A stretch of DNA of 64,000 nt from an archaeon (GCA_024276825.1 JAJRWI010000053.1:1-64000), one strand, 5' to 3'; shown: positions 19,085-29,129, counted from the stretch's first letter. Numbers and translations: made by a program. The notes: generated by a model from the letters alone, not told the origin.

Positions 19085-20053
19085 TTGTCGGTTGAGATTG
19101 TTGCCATAGGACGAGCAAACATGGATATTGAGATTCATGTTGATAGGATTCCTAAAGAAGATCAACATGTAATATCTAAAAGAACAACAATCTCTTGTGG
19201 GGGTTCCGCTGCAAACTTCGCATCGCAAGTAGCACTCTTAGGCCCAAAGATTGGGCTTGTTGCATGTATTGGTAGTGATTATAATGGCAAAGTTATGATT
19301 GAACGTCTGTCGGACATTGGAGTTGATGTATCAAGAGTCCAGATTCTGCAGAATCAGCCTACAGGACTGTTCATTGCGGTCAATGATTCAAAGGGCGGAA
19401 AGACAATTATTGCTGATCATGGTGCCAACAAGTTCCTTGATCGACTGGACAAAAGAATTTTCGATGATAGCTATCTCCTCAAAACTAGGACCGTGCATGT
19501 TGCTGGGGGATTTCCAAACATGATTGATACTGTAATCGAGATTGCTACAACTGATGGCCTGATTTTCTCATTTGACCCTGGCAGGACCTCTGACAATGTG
19601 GACTTTCAAAAAGTGCTTAGAAGTACTGATTTGCTATTTGTTAATCAGGATGAATTGAAGAGATACTGTAAGGTTTCAGCAACTGAGAGAGATCTCCGAA
19701 TGTTTGCAAAGAGCTTTCCTGGAATAATTGTTTTGAAACAGGGATCCAAAGGGGCAATTGCAACTGATGGGTTCGAGTATTATCACTCAGATGTTTTTGA
19801 TGTTCCTGTGGTTGACACCCTTGGGGCTGGAGATGCATTTGCAGCAGGATTTGTGACAGCATGGACTCGTAGTGAAAATATCGAACAAGCATTGAATTTT
19901 GCAAATGCGGTCGCTGCATTGACTGTTACTAGAAGGGGGGCACAAGAGGGACAGCCGACCTTGGACGAGGTCAGCAAACTGTTGAGAAAATATGGTGTAT
20001 CAATTGAACCGATTCTAAAGACGTTTCGCGAGAGAAGGTCATCTCGTCGATAA
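19085..20053 (+). CDS. PfkB/ribokinase family sugar kinase
   Basis: GGSAAN, N..E, DTLGAGDAF. Confidence 0.92.
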   Translation: MSVEIVAIGRANMDIEIHVDRIPKEDQHVISKRTTISCGGSAANFASQVALLGPKIGLVACIGSDYNGKVMIERLSDIGVDVSRVQILQNQPTGLFIAVNDSKGGKTIIADHGANKFLDRLDKRIFDDSYLLKTRTVHVAGGFPNMIDTVIEIATTDGLIFSFDPGRTSDNVDFQKVLRSTDLLFVNQDELKRYCKVSATERDLRMFAKSFPGIIVLKQGSKGAIATDGFEYYHSDVFDVPVVDTLGAGDAFAAGFVTAWTRSENIEQALNFANAVAALTVTRRGAQEGQPTLDEVSKLLRKYGVSIEPILKTFRERRSSRR

Positions 20054-20135
20054 CATGCGAGTAATACCCAGACAATATTCTGGTTTTTCTTATTATAAAC
20101 TCACAATAGAAGATGAATAATAGAAGGTGTAAGAT

Positions 20136-21266
20136 ATGCATCCGCTCCTAGAAGAAGTCCTGAGAAACCCAACTGAAGCAAAGAGTGAAGATATGACAGG
20201 TAGATCAAGAACAACAAAAAAGTCGGCGACATCTGAGGAGGAGTTGCGTGAGATTGTCGAGTCCATCACTGCCAGAATTTTAGTGGTGGGCGTTGGTGGT
20301 GCAGGAAATAATGCGATAACACGACTTATGGAGGTCGGAATTGAGGGGGCTGAAACCCTAGCTATGAACACTGATGCTCAGGACCTTTATGTGTGTGAGG
20401 CGGATCACAAGTTACTTCTTGGAAGGGACATATGCAAAGGACTCGGAGCTGGAAATGATCCAGACATTGGTGAGAAGGCGGCTCTGGAAACATATGAGAT
20501 TCTGAAGGATGTTGTTACTGGAGACCTTGTGTTCATAACTGCAGGAATGGGTGGAGGAACAGGCACAGGTGCAGCTCCGTATGTGGCCAAGGCTGCACGC
20601 GAGAATGGTGCTTTGACTGTTGCAATTGTGTGTCTGCCCTTTGAGGTGGAGGGTATCACCAGAAAGAACAATGCGGCAAGAGGTCTCAAGGCCCTAATGG
20701 ACAATGTAGACACCCTTATTGCAATTCCAAATGAGAAGCTACTGGAGATCGCTCCAGATTTGACACTATCAGATGCCTTCAGAGTTGCGGATGAGGTGCT
20801 AGTACGCGCAGTAAAAGGAATCGCAGAGTTGATATCAAGACCTGGTCTTGTTAATCTCGACTTTGCGGATGTGAGGACTACCATGAAGAATGGAGGGGTG
20901 TCCATAATTGCACTAGGCGAAGGTCAGGGAGAAGACAGGGCAGAGGAGGCAGTGTATAATGCACTTCGTAACCCATTAATCGATGTTTCAATTGAGAACG
21001 CCCGGAACGTGTTGATCAATGTGAGTGGTAGTACTGATTTACAACTGATAGAGGCAAAGCGTGTTGTGGAACTTGTAACCAAGCAGGTGAATCCAAGTGC
21101 AGAAGTGATATATGGTGCCCTCATCATTCCAGAACTTGAAGATAGGCTCAGAGTCACCATTATTGCCTCTGGAGTGAGTTCCCCATATGTACTCTCACCC
21201 GAGTCAGAGCCTGTCGCCCCACTTGCAGAGGACTTGGAGGCAGACCTTGAGATTAAGAGATTATAG
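20136..21266 (+). CDS. ftsZ: Cell division protein FtsZ
   Basis: GVGGAGNN, GMGGGTGTG, NLDFADV; ftsZ-secE-spt5 synteny. Confidence 0.96.
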   Translation: MHPLLEEVLRNPTEAKSEDMTGRSRTTKKSATSEEELREIVESITARILVVGVGGAGNNAITRLMEVGIEGAETLAMNTDAQDLYVCEADHKLLLGRDICKGLGAGNDPDIGEKAALETYEILKDVVTGDLVFITAGMGGGTGTGAAPYVAKAARENGALTVAIVCLPFEVEGITRKNNAARGLKALMDNVDTLIAIPNEKLLEIAPDLTLSDAFRVADEVLVRAVKGIAELISRPGLVNLDFADVRTTMKNGGVSIIALGEGQGEDRAEEAVYNALRNPLIDVSIENARNVLINVSGSTDLQLIEAKRVVELVTKQVNPSAEVIYGALIIPELEDRLRVTIIASGVSSPYVLSPESEPVAPLAEDLEADLEIKRL

Positions 21267-21369
21267 GAGAAGGTGGCCTTATTAGTCATGCAGCAAGTAT
21301 TAAAAGCAAAGTTAATACGATTGCTTTCGATATAATCAGTATTGAGTCATTTCACAAGGATGTGCAATT

Positions 21370-21549
21370 ATGGGAATTTCAGAGTTCATAAAGGATAGCA
21401 AAAGAATACTGAAACTAGCTACCAAGCCATCTCGTAAAGAACTATGGATGAGCACAAAGGTCAGCATTCTTGCCATGTTCCTTGTTGGAATGCTCAGTTT
21501 TGTCATTCAGTATATGATGACCGTCTTGACCAGTCAGTGGGGCGGTTAG
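21370..21549 (+). CDS. secE: Translocase SecE/Sec61-gamma (not in ORF track)
   Basis: MGISEFIKDSKRILKLATKPSRKELW followed by one TM helix. Confidence 0.92.
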   Translation: MGISEFIKDSKRILKLATKPSRKELWMSTKVSILAMFLVGMLSFVIQYMMTVLTSQWGG

Positions 21550-21583
21550 GCTATCAAATGTTCTAAATCAAGGGGATTTCCGT

Positions 21584-22279
21584 ATGGCACCAAAGACCAG
21601 CATTTATGCAATCAGAACCACCATTAGTCAAGAGAGATCAGTGGCAGACCTCGTCACCACTGCAGTCGTTGGTGAAACGGACATCTGGGAGTGCCCAAAT
21701 TGTGGTGAGCAGTTCTCATCCAAGGATGCAACACTCAAACATATGAAAAAAGAGGCCAAGAAAGACGAGACACATGGACAGAGTGATCCAAAGCTCGTGT
21801 CTAAAAACCAGTTGCTTGGGAGGGTTAAAGCAATCCTGGTTCCTGAAACCCTGAGAGGCTATGTGTTTATTGAAACCTTAGAGTTCAGGGATGTGGAGCT
21901 TGCAATTTCAGGGGTGCCCCATGTAAGAGGAAGGGTTGGCGGTAAAGTTAGTTTTGAGGAAATCGATAGATTTCTCATTCCAAAGCCAGTTGCTGAGGGA
22001 CTTGAAGAGGGAGATGTTGTAGAGGTCATCTCAGGACCCTTCAAGGGAGAGCGGGCTAGAGTTGCAAGAGTCGAGGTTGCAAAAGAGGAACTTATCCTTG
22101 AGTTGCTAGATAGTCCTCATGCAATTCCAATCCGTGTACATGCGGACTTCTGCAAGTTGGTCGAGAAGGGCGAACGTGAGAGGGTGCAAGAATATGAGGA
22201 TATGGGAGAGGGTGAGGAAGAAGAGGACGAGTTTGATGATGAGTCATTTTGGGCGAGGGATGACGATTTCGAGGACTGA
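21584..22279 (+). CDS. spt5: Transcription elongation factor Spt5 with zinc-finger insertion and acidic tail
   Basis: NGN (YAIRTT..QE..VA, LRGYVFIE) and KOW (GDVVEVISGPFKGE.A.V). Confidence 0.95.
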   Translation: MAPKTSIYAIRTTISQERSVADLVTTAVVGETDIWECPNCGEQFSSKDATLKHMKKEAKKDETHGQSDPKLVSKNQLLGRVKAILVPETLRGYVFIETLEFRDVELAISGVPHVRGRVGGKVSFEEIDRFLIPKPVAEGLEEGDVVEVISGPFKGERARVARVEVAKEELILELLDSPHAIPIRVHADFCKLVEKGERERVQEYEDMGEGEEEEDEFDDESFWARDDDFED

Positions 22280-22338
22280 TATAGATAGTCCCCACGTGCC
22301 ATCATGCCATTGTTGGTGATGTGCATAGAGTTCATTCC

Positions 22339-22350
22339 AAAATCCTTTTA
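22339..22350 (+). promoter_or_regulatory. Putative BRE/TATA of the L11-L1-P0-P1 operon
   Basis: AAAATCCTTTTA, identical to 14285-14296. Confidence 0.55.
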
Positions 22351-22434
22351 ACATAATTTCAGAGGGGAAGTTTAACCTCTTAATGTGACAGCCACGCATA
22401 GACGTGATGTCAGGGGTGAGAAAAGTGAGAAAGA

Positions 22435-22523
22435 ATGCAGTAGACCATATAGGATGTCGCACTTGTTCTGTCCTAGAGGTCGAACCCACCGATGTAACTG
22501 CGAGTTCATCGGGCAAACTGCAT
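22435..22523 (+). promoter_or_regulatory. Candidate structured 5' leader of rpl11
   Basis: Stems ATGCAGT/ACTGCAT, GACC/GGTC, TAGGA/TCCTA, CCGATG/CATCGG; closes just before the AGGAG SD. Confidence 0.5.
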
Positions 22524-22540
22524 CAGGAGTTGATTAAGAG

Positions 22541-23046
22541 ATGAGTTCACAGAAAATCACAGTTGAGGCTCTAGTCGAAGGTGGAAAAGCCTCAGGTGGA
22601 CCCCCTATTGGGCCTGCACTTGGACCAACAGGAGTAAACATATTCCAAGTTGTTCAGAAGATCAATGAGGTCACACAACCATTTGCAGGTCTCAAGGTCC
22701 CAGTCAAGATAATTGTTGACCAAGAAACAAAGGAGTTTGAGGTGGAAGTTGGTACACCACCAACAAGCGCACTAATATTGAAAGAAATTGGTCAGGCAAA
22801 GGGATCGGGCGAGCCAAATACCAAAATTATAGGCAATCTGACGATTGAGCAGATCAAATCAATTGCCAAGGGTAGGCTAGCGACCTTTCTGCAATCGATA
22901 TGAAGGGAGCAGTGCTGACCATTGCTGGTACTTGTGTTTCAATGGGAGTAAATATTGAGGGAGTTTCAGCCAAGGAGTTTCAGCAGCAGGTCCGTGAAGG
23001 AAAATGGGACAGCGAGCTCGAAGAACCACTGCGGGAGGAGAAATAA
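22541..23046 (+). CDS. rpl11: Ribosomal protein uL11; apparent single-base frameshift near 22877
   Basis: GGKA..GPPIGPALGP.G; C-terminal DLSAIDMKGAVLTIAGTCVSMGVNIEG...EGKWD in the -1 frame, ending TAA 23046. Confidence 0.93.
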
Positions 23047-23703
23047 ATGTCATACCGTATTGATACAATCGAGGCAGCTGTTGCAGAAGCAAGAGCCAAG
23101 GGTACCGAGAGAGGGATTAAGTTCGAACAGAGCTTTGATTGCGCTGTCAACTTTAGAAAGAAGGAAGTTGATGTTTCGAAACCGGAGAACAGGCTCAATC
23201 AGGAGATTGTTCTCCCACATCCCTTGTATCCTCCTGCAAAGATCTGTGCATTTGGGGATGGAGAGTTTGCTGAGAATGCGAGGGCTGCAGGAATAGATAC
23301 TGTCATCTCTAGGGAGGACATCCCAAAGATTGGTGGAGAGAAAAAAGAGAGAAAGGCACTTGCCAAGAAATATGACTTTTTCATCGCCTCCATCGATGCA
23401 ATGCCCTTGGTAGGTAGGTATCTTGGACAGGCCCTTGGACCAAGAGGTAAGATGCCAAAGCCATTTCCACCACAGGCAGATCTGAAGGCAATTGTCAATC
23501 AGTATCAAAGAACTGTGCGCATCAGAATGCGAAACACCCCTACATTCCATGTCAAAGTAGGCCATATGAGAATGACTGACAGAGAGATAGCTGATAATCT
23601 AATGGCAGTGATCAACTTTGTTGATCAGAAAGGCCTACTGGACAAGGTGCATCATGTTTGTGTGAAGACAACAATGGGGCCATGCATTACAATACAGAGG
23701 TGA
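23047..23703 (+). CDS. rpl1: Ribosomal protein uL1
   Basis: FEQS.D, LPH, LG..LGPRGKMP, KTTMGP. Confidence 0.96.
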   Translation: MSYRIDTIEAAVAEARAKGTERGIKFEQSFDCAVNFRKKEVDVSKPENRLNQEIVLPHPLYPPAKICAFGDGEFAENARAAGIDTVISREDIPKIGGEKKERKALAKKYDFFIASIDAMPLVGRYLGQALGPRGKMPKPFPPQADLKAIVNQYQRTVRIRMRNTPTFHVKVGHMRMTDREIADNLMAVINFVDQKGLLDKVHHVCVKTTMGPCITIQR

Positions 23704-23709
23704 CATTAG

Positions 23710-24723
23710 ATGTCATTGTATGAAAAGAAAATCCCACAATGGAAGGTTGATACAGTCAATAAACTCGCTGAGATGATTAAGAAGAGCGAGATGATTGGAC
23801 TCATTAATGTTGAGGGAGTAGGTGCAAAGCAGCTTCACGGCATTCGAGAGAGTTTAAGAGGTTCTGCCACAATTAAGATGGCAAGAAACACACTGATGAT
23901 AAGAGCTCTCGAGAAGGTCAAGAAGAAGGGGATAAAGGAGCTTGCAAATTATGTCAAGGGGCCTGTTGCATTCATTTTCAGCGATCAGGACCCATTCAAA
24001 CTCAGCAAGTTTCTCAGCGAGAACAAGACTGCTGCTCCAGCCAAGGGTGGCCAGATAGCTCCAAAGGACATCATTGTCCCAGAGATGAACACTGGTGTGG
24101 CCCCTGGACCATTCATCAGCGAGCTTGCAGCATTAAAGATTCCCTCCCGTGTGAGAGGAGGAGTGATTCACATCACAGAAGACACTGTGGTTGTGAAGGA
24201 AGGTGAAGTGATTTCCAATGCTATGGCACAAATGCTAACGCGGCTTGGAATAGAACCAATGGAACTTCAACTTAAGATGATTGCAGCTTATGCCGATGGG
24301 ATGATCATAACTGCAGATGCTCTGGACATTGATTTAGACCAGCTCTTGGACCAGGTTATAGCAGGACATCAATATGCTGTGAACCTGTCCATCAACATTG
24401 GATATCCAACCTCTGAAACAATCACATTGTTGATTGCAAAGGCGGATATGGAGGCCAGGAGCCTAGCGCTCGATATTGGATTCTTCACGCCAGATATGGT
24501 GGAAGAGTTTCTTGCAAAGGCAAATGTGGAGGCATTTGCTCTTGCAGCAGTGCTTTCAGAGAAGGATCCTAATGTAATACCCTCAGAAGTCTTGAGTCAG
24601 GTGAAGGCAGTCAGTGCAGCTGCGACAGCTGCCCCTGAGCCAGAGCCTGTAAAAGATGAGCCTCCAGAGGAGGAGGATGAGGAGGAAGAATCAGTTGCAG
24701 GTCTATCAGGCCTGTTCGGATAA
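23710..24723 (+). CDS. rplP0: Ribosomal stalk protein uL10/P0
   Basis: PQWK, RNTL, AK.G.IAP.DI.VP..NTG..PGP, acidic tail ending LSGLFG. Confidence 0.96.
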   Translation: MSLYEKKIPQWKVDTVNKLAEMIKKSEMIGLINVEGVGAKQLHGIRESLRGSATIKMARNTLMIRALEKVKKKGIKELANYVKGPVAFIFSDQDPFKLSKFLSENKTAAPAKGGQIAPKDIIVPEMNTGVAPGPFISELAALKIPSRVRGGVIHITEDTVVVKEGEVISNAMAQMLTRLGIEPMELQLKMIAAYADGMIITADALDIDLDQLLDQVIAGHQYAVNLSINIGYPTSETITLLIAKADMEARSLALDIGFFTPDMVEEFLAKANVEAFALAAVLSEKDPNVIPSEVLSQVKAVSAAATAAPEPEPVKDEPPEEEDEEEESVAGLSGLFG

Positions 24724-24738
24724 AGTGAGGTAATAAAA

Positions 24739-25047
24739 ATGGAGTATGTATATGCAGCACTTCTGCTTCATAAGGCGGGACAAACTATTGATGCAAAGTC
24801 AATGGAGGCCGTACTAACAGCCGCAGGAGTCAAACCTGACAAGGGCAGAGTCAAAGCGTTGATCGCAGCACTTGAGGGAGTCGACATTGATGAGGCCCTG
24901 AAGAGTGCAGCAATGCCAATGGCTGTTGCCGCCCCAGCAGGTGAGACCGCCGCAGCTGGTGAGCCCGCTGCTGAAGAGAAGAAAGAAGAAGAGAAAGAAG
25001 AGGAAGAAGAGGAGTTCACCGCAGGCTTAGGCAGTCTATTTGGGTGA
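24739..25047 (+). CDS. rpl12: Ribosomal stalk protein P1/L12
   Basis: [11 protein letters not shown], Ala hinge, EEEE-GLGSLFG. Confidence 0.97.
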   Translation: MEYVYAALLLHKAGQTIDAKSMEAVLTAAGVKPDKGRVKALIAALEGVDIDEALKSAAMPMAVAAPAGETAAAGEPAAEEKKEEEKEEEEEEFTAGLGSLFG

Positions 25048-25076
25048 TTGTGGTCACTGACCATCTCCTCATTAGT

Positions 25077-25120
25077 AGGGCGACAGGAAACCCCTGTCTG
25101 CCCTTCAATTCTTGTTTTTT
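25077..25120 (+). terminator. Hairpin plus T-tract after rpl12
   Basis: AGGGC-GACAGG/CCTGTC-T-GCCCT stem followed by ttcttgtttttt. Confidence 0.5.
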
Positions 25121-25167
25121 ATAAATCAATCAGCAGACAAATATGCTTGTTTGTGATAGACACTTTT

Positions 25168-25968
25168 GTGAAAATCGTCACCCATGAATTAATGAGAAGG
25201 AGTTATGACAATACTCCCGCTGGAGCACCTGGCAGACTGGACACATCTTTTGAGGTTCTGGGCAAAGATTCCAACTATAAATTCATTGATGCAAAACCTG
25301 CTACTGAAGAACAGATCTTACGTGCTCATACACAGCATGTCATTGATCAAGTAAGGCACGAGAGCGAAGTCTGGCATCACCAATTGTATGACATGGCACT
25401 TCTAGCAGCTGGAGGAGCAATCCAGACAGCAATGATTGGAGCCAGAGGGGAGCCTGCTTTTGGCCTGATAAGGCCACCAGGACATCATGCGTCAAGGGAC
25501 AGCTTTTGGGGCTTTTGCTATTTCAACAATATAGCGGTTTCGTTGCTTGAACTTCGTGTCCACGGTCTGAAAAACCCTGAATTTCCCCAGATATCCTCCG
25601 CATTCATTCTAGACTTTGATCTTCATGAGGGAGATGGAAACATCGATATTCTCAGCCCAGATCGAAGATTTATCATTTACAATCCGCGTGGACATGGCGA
25701 TGAGGAATACCTCAAGGATGTGAAATTGGCCTTAGATATCAGCATTGATGTGGACATAATTGTAGCATCTGCTGGATTTGACCAATATAAGCATGATTGG
25801 GGTAGTAACCTATCAACAGAAGCATTCTACGAAATAGGACACCTGATGTATGAGTTTGCGATGGAACGTTGTGATGGCCGCAGATACGCACTTCTTGAGG
25901 GAGGATATAATCACGATGACCTTGGCAAGAATGTTCACGCCTTTTGTGAGGGCCTGCGAGGTGTATGA
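25168..25968 (+). CDS. Histone deacetylase family Zn hydrolase
   Basis: RPPGHHA, GFCYFNN, DFDLHEGDG, SAGFD, LEGGY; GTG start inferred. Confidence 0.93.
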   Translation: MKIVTHELMRRSYDNTPAGAPGRLDTSFEVLGKDSNYKFIDAKPATEEQILRAHTQHVIDQVRHESEVWHHQLYDMALLAAGGAIQTAMIGARGEPAFGLIRPPGHHASRDSFWGFCYFNNIAVSLLELRVHGLKNPEFPQISSAFILDFDLHEGDGNIDILSPDRRFIIYNPRGHGDEEYLKDVKLALDISIDVDIIVASAGFDQYKHDWGSNLSTEAFYEIGHLMYEFAMERCDGRRYALLEGGYNHDDLGKNVHAFCEGLRGV

Positions 25969-26018
25969 TGTCCCACGCGGAAAGCTTTATGACTGAAATC
26001 ATCGGCGTTCAAATTGCA

Positions 26019-26096
26019 GGGCCCGTTGCCTAGCCAGGATAGGGCGCCAGCCTTCTAAGTTGGAGTTCGCCGGTTCAAATCCGGCCGGGCCCGCCA
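26019..26096 (+). tRNA. tRNA-Arg(TCT)
   Basis: GGGCCCG acceptor, CCAGC-CTTCTAA-GTTGG anticodon arm, GCCA end. Confidence 0.95.
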
Positions 26097-26108
26097 TTAG
26101 ATTTTGAG

Positions 26109-27845
26109 TCATTCCTCGAAGACAAGTGCATGTTTCAGCCATTCTGGTAATTGCATGTCAAGCAGTGACTCTATCTCAGCAATAGATGAGATGGGGGTTC
26201 CTTTTAGTCGTGCGGCTCGCTTTCCACCAATTGAGGGAATGCTCTTCCATTGAAGCAGTGATGCATATTTGGGGTTAAAGGGATAGGGCAATGCTGAGAG
26301 AGACCTCGGACCATGACCAACAACAAACACGTCAGTTTTGTCTTTAAACTTCGCATCGGGAATATAACATAGGGGAGGATATGTACCAAGAGGCCTTGCG
26401 AGAGAGTAGTTCCCATCAAGACGTTCAAAGAAGACGTTTCGTAAGACTGTCCCCAGAGGAGCAACCCTTCTCATCATCTCTGTATCGATTGTTTCTCGAA
26501 TGATCTTCTTATGACGGAAGAACTCGTTTCGTTTTATCTTCCGTGATGATCTTCCACCCATGCGGGTCCCGGAGAATCCAATGACCTGACGGATATTAAT
26601 ACGGCGAACCATCAGACCCTCATCAAGGATGCCCTGTAAGAACATGAGATTGTGTTCGAGAGTTCGCCTACTCTCACCCAATAGGCCATAGAGCAGATTG
26701 ATTCCAGGGAGAAGGTGGGGAAGGCCCCAAGATGGACGAGTTCCGCCAATTCTATTGAGAAGGCGGATGGCTGAGATGACTTCACTCTCATTCGCCTTTA
26801 GATTATTCCTCTTAATCACTTCCGGGTCCACTGACTCCACACCAAATGCCGCAACATCACCAGGGGTATGATACTTGATTATTGCTTTAGCAACCTCAGC
26901 ACTCTCTTCAGGATGATGGGCAAGTGTGCCAGGGTTGACATTGTCAATATGCAGGACCTCCACATCAGGGGCAACATGTCTGATTTTTGAGAACAGTTCA
27001 TCGATTCTTTCTGGAGCGGGGATTGGAAATTCTTCTTCACCCATTTCTCGAGAACCATAAGTGAATAAATCGGCCTGGTTACCAATTCTAAATGCTCTGG
27101 CCCCATGCTTGTACAAAGACTCAATCTCATTGACAATGTCGCGTATTGACCTCTGACTGGGAGGACCATACAATGGTTCGGTACAAAACGAACATCCACC
27201 CGAAATAAAACGGGGGCACCCAGTATAGGTCTCAATCTCACAGATTAGATATCCGCGGGAGAATCCAGGGTGCTGCGTAATGATTCTTGCACCACGAGGC
27301 GTGAATCTCTCAATCTCATTATAGCCGGTTCTTACCCTAGACAAGTCCACTGCTTCAACAGACCCTCTCTCCATAATGTCGAATATGACAACTTCGGGAT
27401 TTCCAATTACTATGTGATCAAATGGGGGAGTCAGTACATCAGATCCTAGTGCAAGACGTCCGCCTTCGAGGCCGCATCCAAATCGCGCCCATGGTCCGAC
27501 TAAGAGTTTTGGAATGTGCTGCAGACGTGTGTCATTGAAAATGCGTTGGGCCTCATTGACAGAGATTGGTGTGCCCCCAACATATTTTCCTGGCACAATC
27601 ATTCCTGCAATGAGTATGATCATGTCTGCATGAGTCCATTTGGATTGTGGATCATTCAAGGAGCGTATTTCGTCAATGGTCTGATATAGTATCTCTGTAT
27701 GGGGAGATGCTGTCCATATCGCACCTGCTATGTATCTAGGGTAGGGGCTGATGTAAGGTGGAACACCCAGACAGGTTGGTTCGTCAACATAGCCATCAAC
27801 AATGACTACTCTCTTCAGATCAGCCCCACTCCCTGAAGTTGTCAT
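26109..27845 (-). CDS. Radical SAM protein with C-terminal HhH (COG1031-like)
   Basis: DGYVDEP..LGVPPYISPYPRY, CX7CX2C (GCPRFISGGCSFC), HIDN.NP, RRINIRQV, IPSIGGKRA. Confidence 0.88.
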   Translation of the reverse strand: MTTSGSGADLKRVVIVDGYVDEPTCLGVPPYISPYPRYIAGAIWTASPHTEILYQTIDEIRSLNDPQSKWTHADMIILIAGMIVPGKYVGGTPISVNEAQRIFNDTRLQHIPKLLVGPWARFGCGLEGGRLALGSDVLTPPFDHIVIGNPEVVIFDIMERGSVEAVDLSRVRTGYNEIERFTPRGARIITQHPGFSRGYLICEIETYTGCPRFISGGCSFCTEPLYGPPSQRSIRDIVNEIESLYKHGARAFRIGNQADLFTYGSREMGEEEFPIPAPERIDELFSKIRHVAPDVEVLHIDNVNPGTLAHHPEESAEVAKAIIKYHTPGDVAAFGVESVDPEVIKRNNLKANESEVISAIRLLNRIGGTRPSWGLPHLLPGINLLYGLLGESRRTLEHNLMFLQGILDEGLMVRRINIRQVIGFSGTRMGGRSSRKIKRNEFFRHKKIIRETIDTEMMRRVAPLGTVLRNVFFERLDGNYSLARPLGTYPPLCYIPDAKFKDKTDVFVVGHGPRSLSALPYPFNPKYASLLQWKSIPSIGGKRAARLKGTPISSIAEIESLLDMQLPEWLKHALVFEE

Positions 27846-28812
27846 ACCCAGTCGCTTGGATCTTAACCTCTCCTGATGGGCTATTGAATATCACGCCTGA
27901 ACCTTCATTCACTGTGCCTATTTTCATAAGCGTCATCTTTTGACTCTGGGCAATCCCGAGTGCCTTGTTCCATTGGCCTTCCGGGATTGTCAACACAAGA
28001 GTGAACTCCTCACCTCCATTCATGACTAAAGATGTCAGGTCAAGATCATGGCTCTTGGCAAATGATTCAACGCCAGCCGCAGTAGGCAATCTTGTAATGG
28101 TGAGTTGTTTCATGCTGTGATTTGCCATAGTGTTAAGGGTGATTCCAAGACCATCACTACTGTCCATTGATGATGTGATGGCCCCTGCATTAGCGAGCGC
28201 AGATACAAGACTCAGACTGATTGATGGCTTGTATGCTGCAAGAAGGGCTCGTTGTCTAAGGGTAGGATCAACACTAAGGTCCTTGAGTAGAATATGAAAG
28301 GCAACAGAAGTAAGCCCAAATGAACTGGTAACAGCGATGATATCGCCCACCTGCGCTCCACCCCTTGTCACAATTCTCTGAGGCTCTGCAGAACCAATTG
28401 CGACACCGGTAAGAATCACGTCATTGGTTGTACCCATATCTCCACCAATGAATATTACTCCAGACTTGAGGCAGTACTGTGAGAAGCCCCGAATCAATTC
28501 GTAGGCAGACTGGGTGTCATAGTCTGGGGGAACACATAGTGAGAGCATTGTGGCAATTGGAGTTGCGCCCTTTGCAGCAATATCGCTGAGGGCCATGACT
28601 GCAGTCTTGCGGCCCACCTGTGCTTCAGACATTCCTGGAAGCCAGTCGGTAGAGCCAACAAAAGTATCAATGTTTATCACTACATTTGTGGACTCAGAGA
28701 TTGGGATGTCTGATGCGTCTTCATCAAAGCCAAGCACTGCACCATCAATCTCGTTGACCAGTTCACGAATGCTTTCAAGGAAGGCGCGTTCGCCCAAGTC
28801 TCGTGTCTTCAA
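27820..28812 (-). CDS. thiL: Thiamine-monophosphate kinase
   Basis: LGE..F, SDIAAKGA.P, GGD, DSSDGL, GGEEF. Confidence 0.92.
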   Translation of the reverse strand: MKTRDLGERAFLESIRELVNEIDGAVLGFDEDASDIPISESTNVVINIDTFVGSTDWLPGMSEAQVGRKTAVMALSDIAAKGATPIATMLSLCVPPDYDTQSAYELIRGFSQYCLKSGVIFIGGDMGTTNDVILTGVAIGSAEPQRIVTRGGAQVGDIIAVTSSFGLTSVAFHILLKDLSVDPTLRQRALLAAYKPSISLSLVSALANAGAITSSMDSSDGLGITLNTMANHSMKQLTITRLPTAAGVESFAKSHDLDLTSLVMNGGEEFTLVLTIPEGQWNKALGIAQSQKMTLMKIGTVNEGSGVIFNSPSGEVKIQATGYDNFREWG

Positions 28813-28889
28813 TGTGAAGCCTCAGTTCTGTAGTGTGAGTATCCATGATAAGTTTTATAGCATGAGCATATCGACGGCAAACAGAATAA

Positions 28890-28965
28890 GCCTCGGTGGC
28901 TAAGTGGTCAAGGCGTCTGCCTCGTAAGCAGAAGATCGCGGGTTCAAATCCCGCCCGGGGCTCCA
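28890..28965 (+). tRNA. tRNA-Thr(CGT)
   Basis: GCCTCGG/CCGGGGC acceptor, TCTGC-CTCGTAA-GCAGA anticodon arm, TCCA end. Confidence 0.95.
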
Positions 28966-29045
28966 TTTTTGCCTAGTCTCTTGTGCACCTTTAATATAGT
29001 TTATACAGGAATTTGGTTCAATGGTATATTACAGAGGTGAAAAAT

Positions 29046-29129
29046 ATGAAAAAGAACAAGAATAAAAATACAAAAAGAGGAAATCCCAAGCCCGCCTTCT
29101 TTGAGTGGCTTGCAGGTACAACTCGTTGA
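29046..29129 (+). CDS. Possible 27-aa basic micro-protein
   Basis: MKKNKNKNTKRGNPKPAFFEWLAGTTR* with GAGGTGA SD 5 nt upstream. Confidence 0.3.
   Translation: MKKNKNKNTKRGNPKPAFFEWLAGTTR

Noticed and set aside
22955-23296. 113-aa ORF and other shadow ORFs overlapping core genes
   Set aside because: Alternative-frame or antisense to clearly identified genes.
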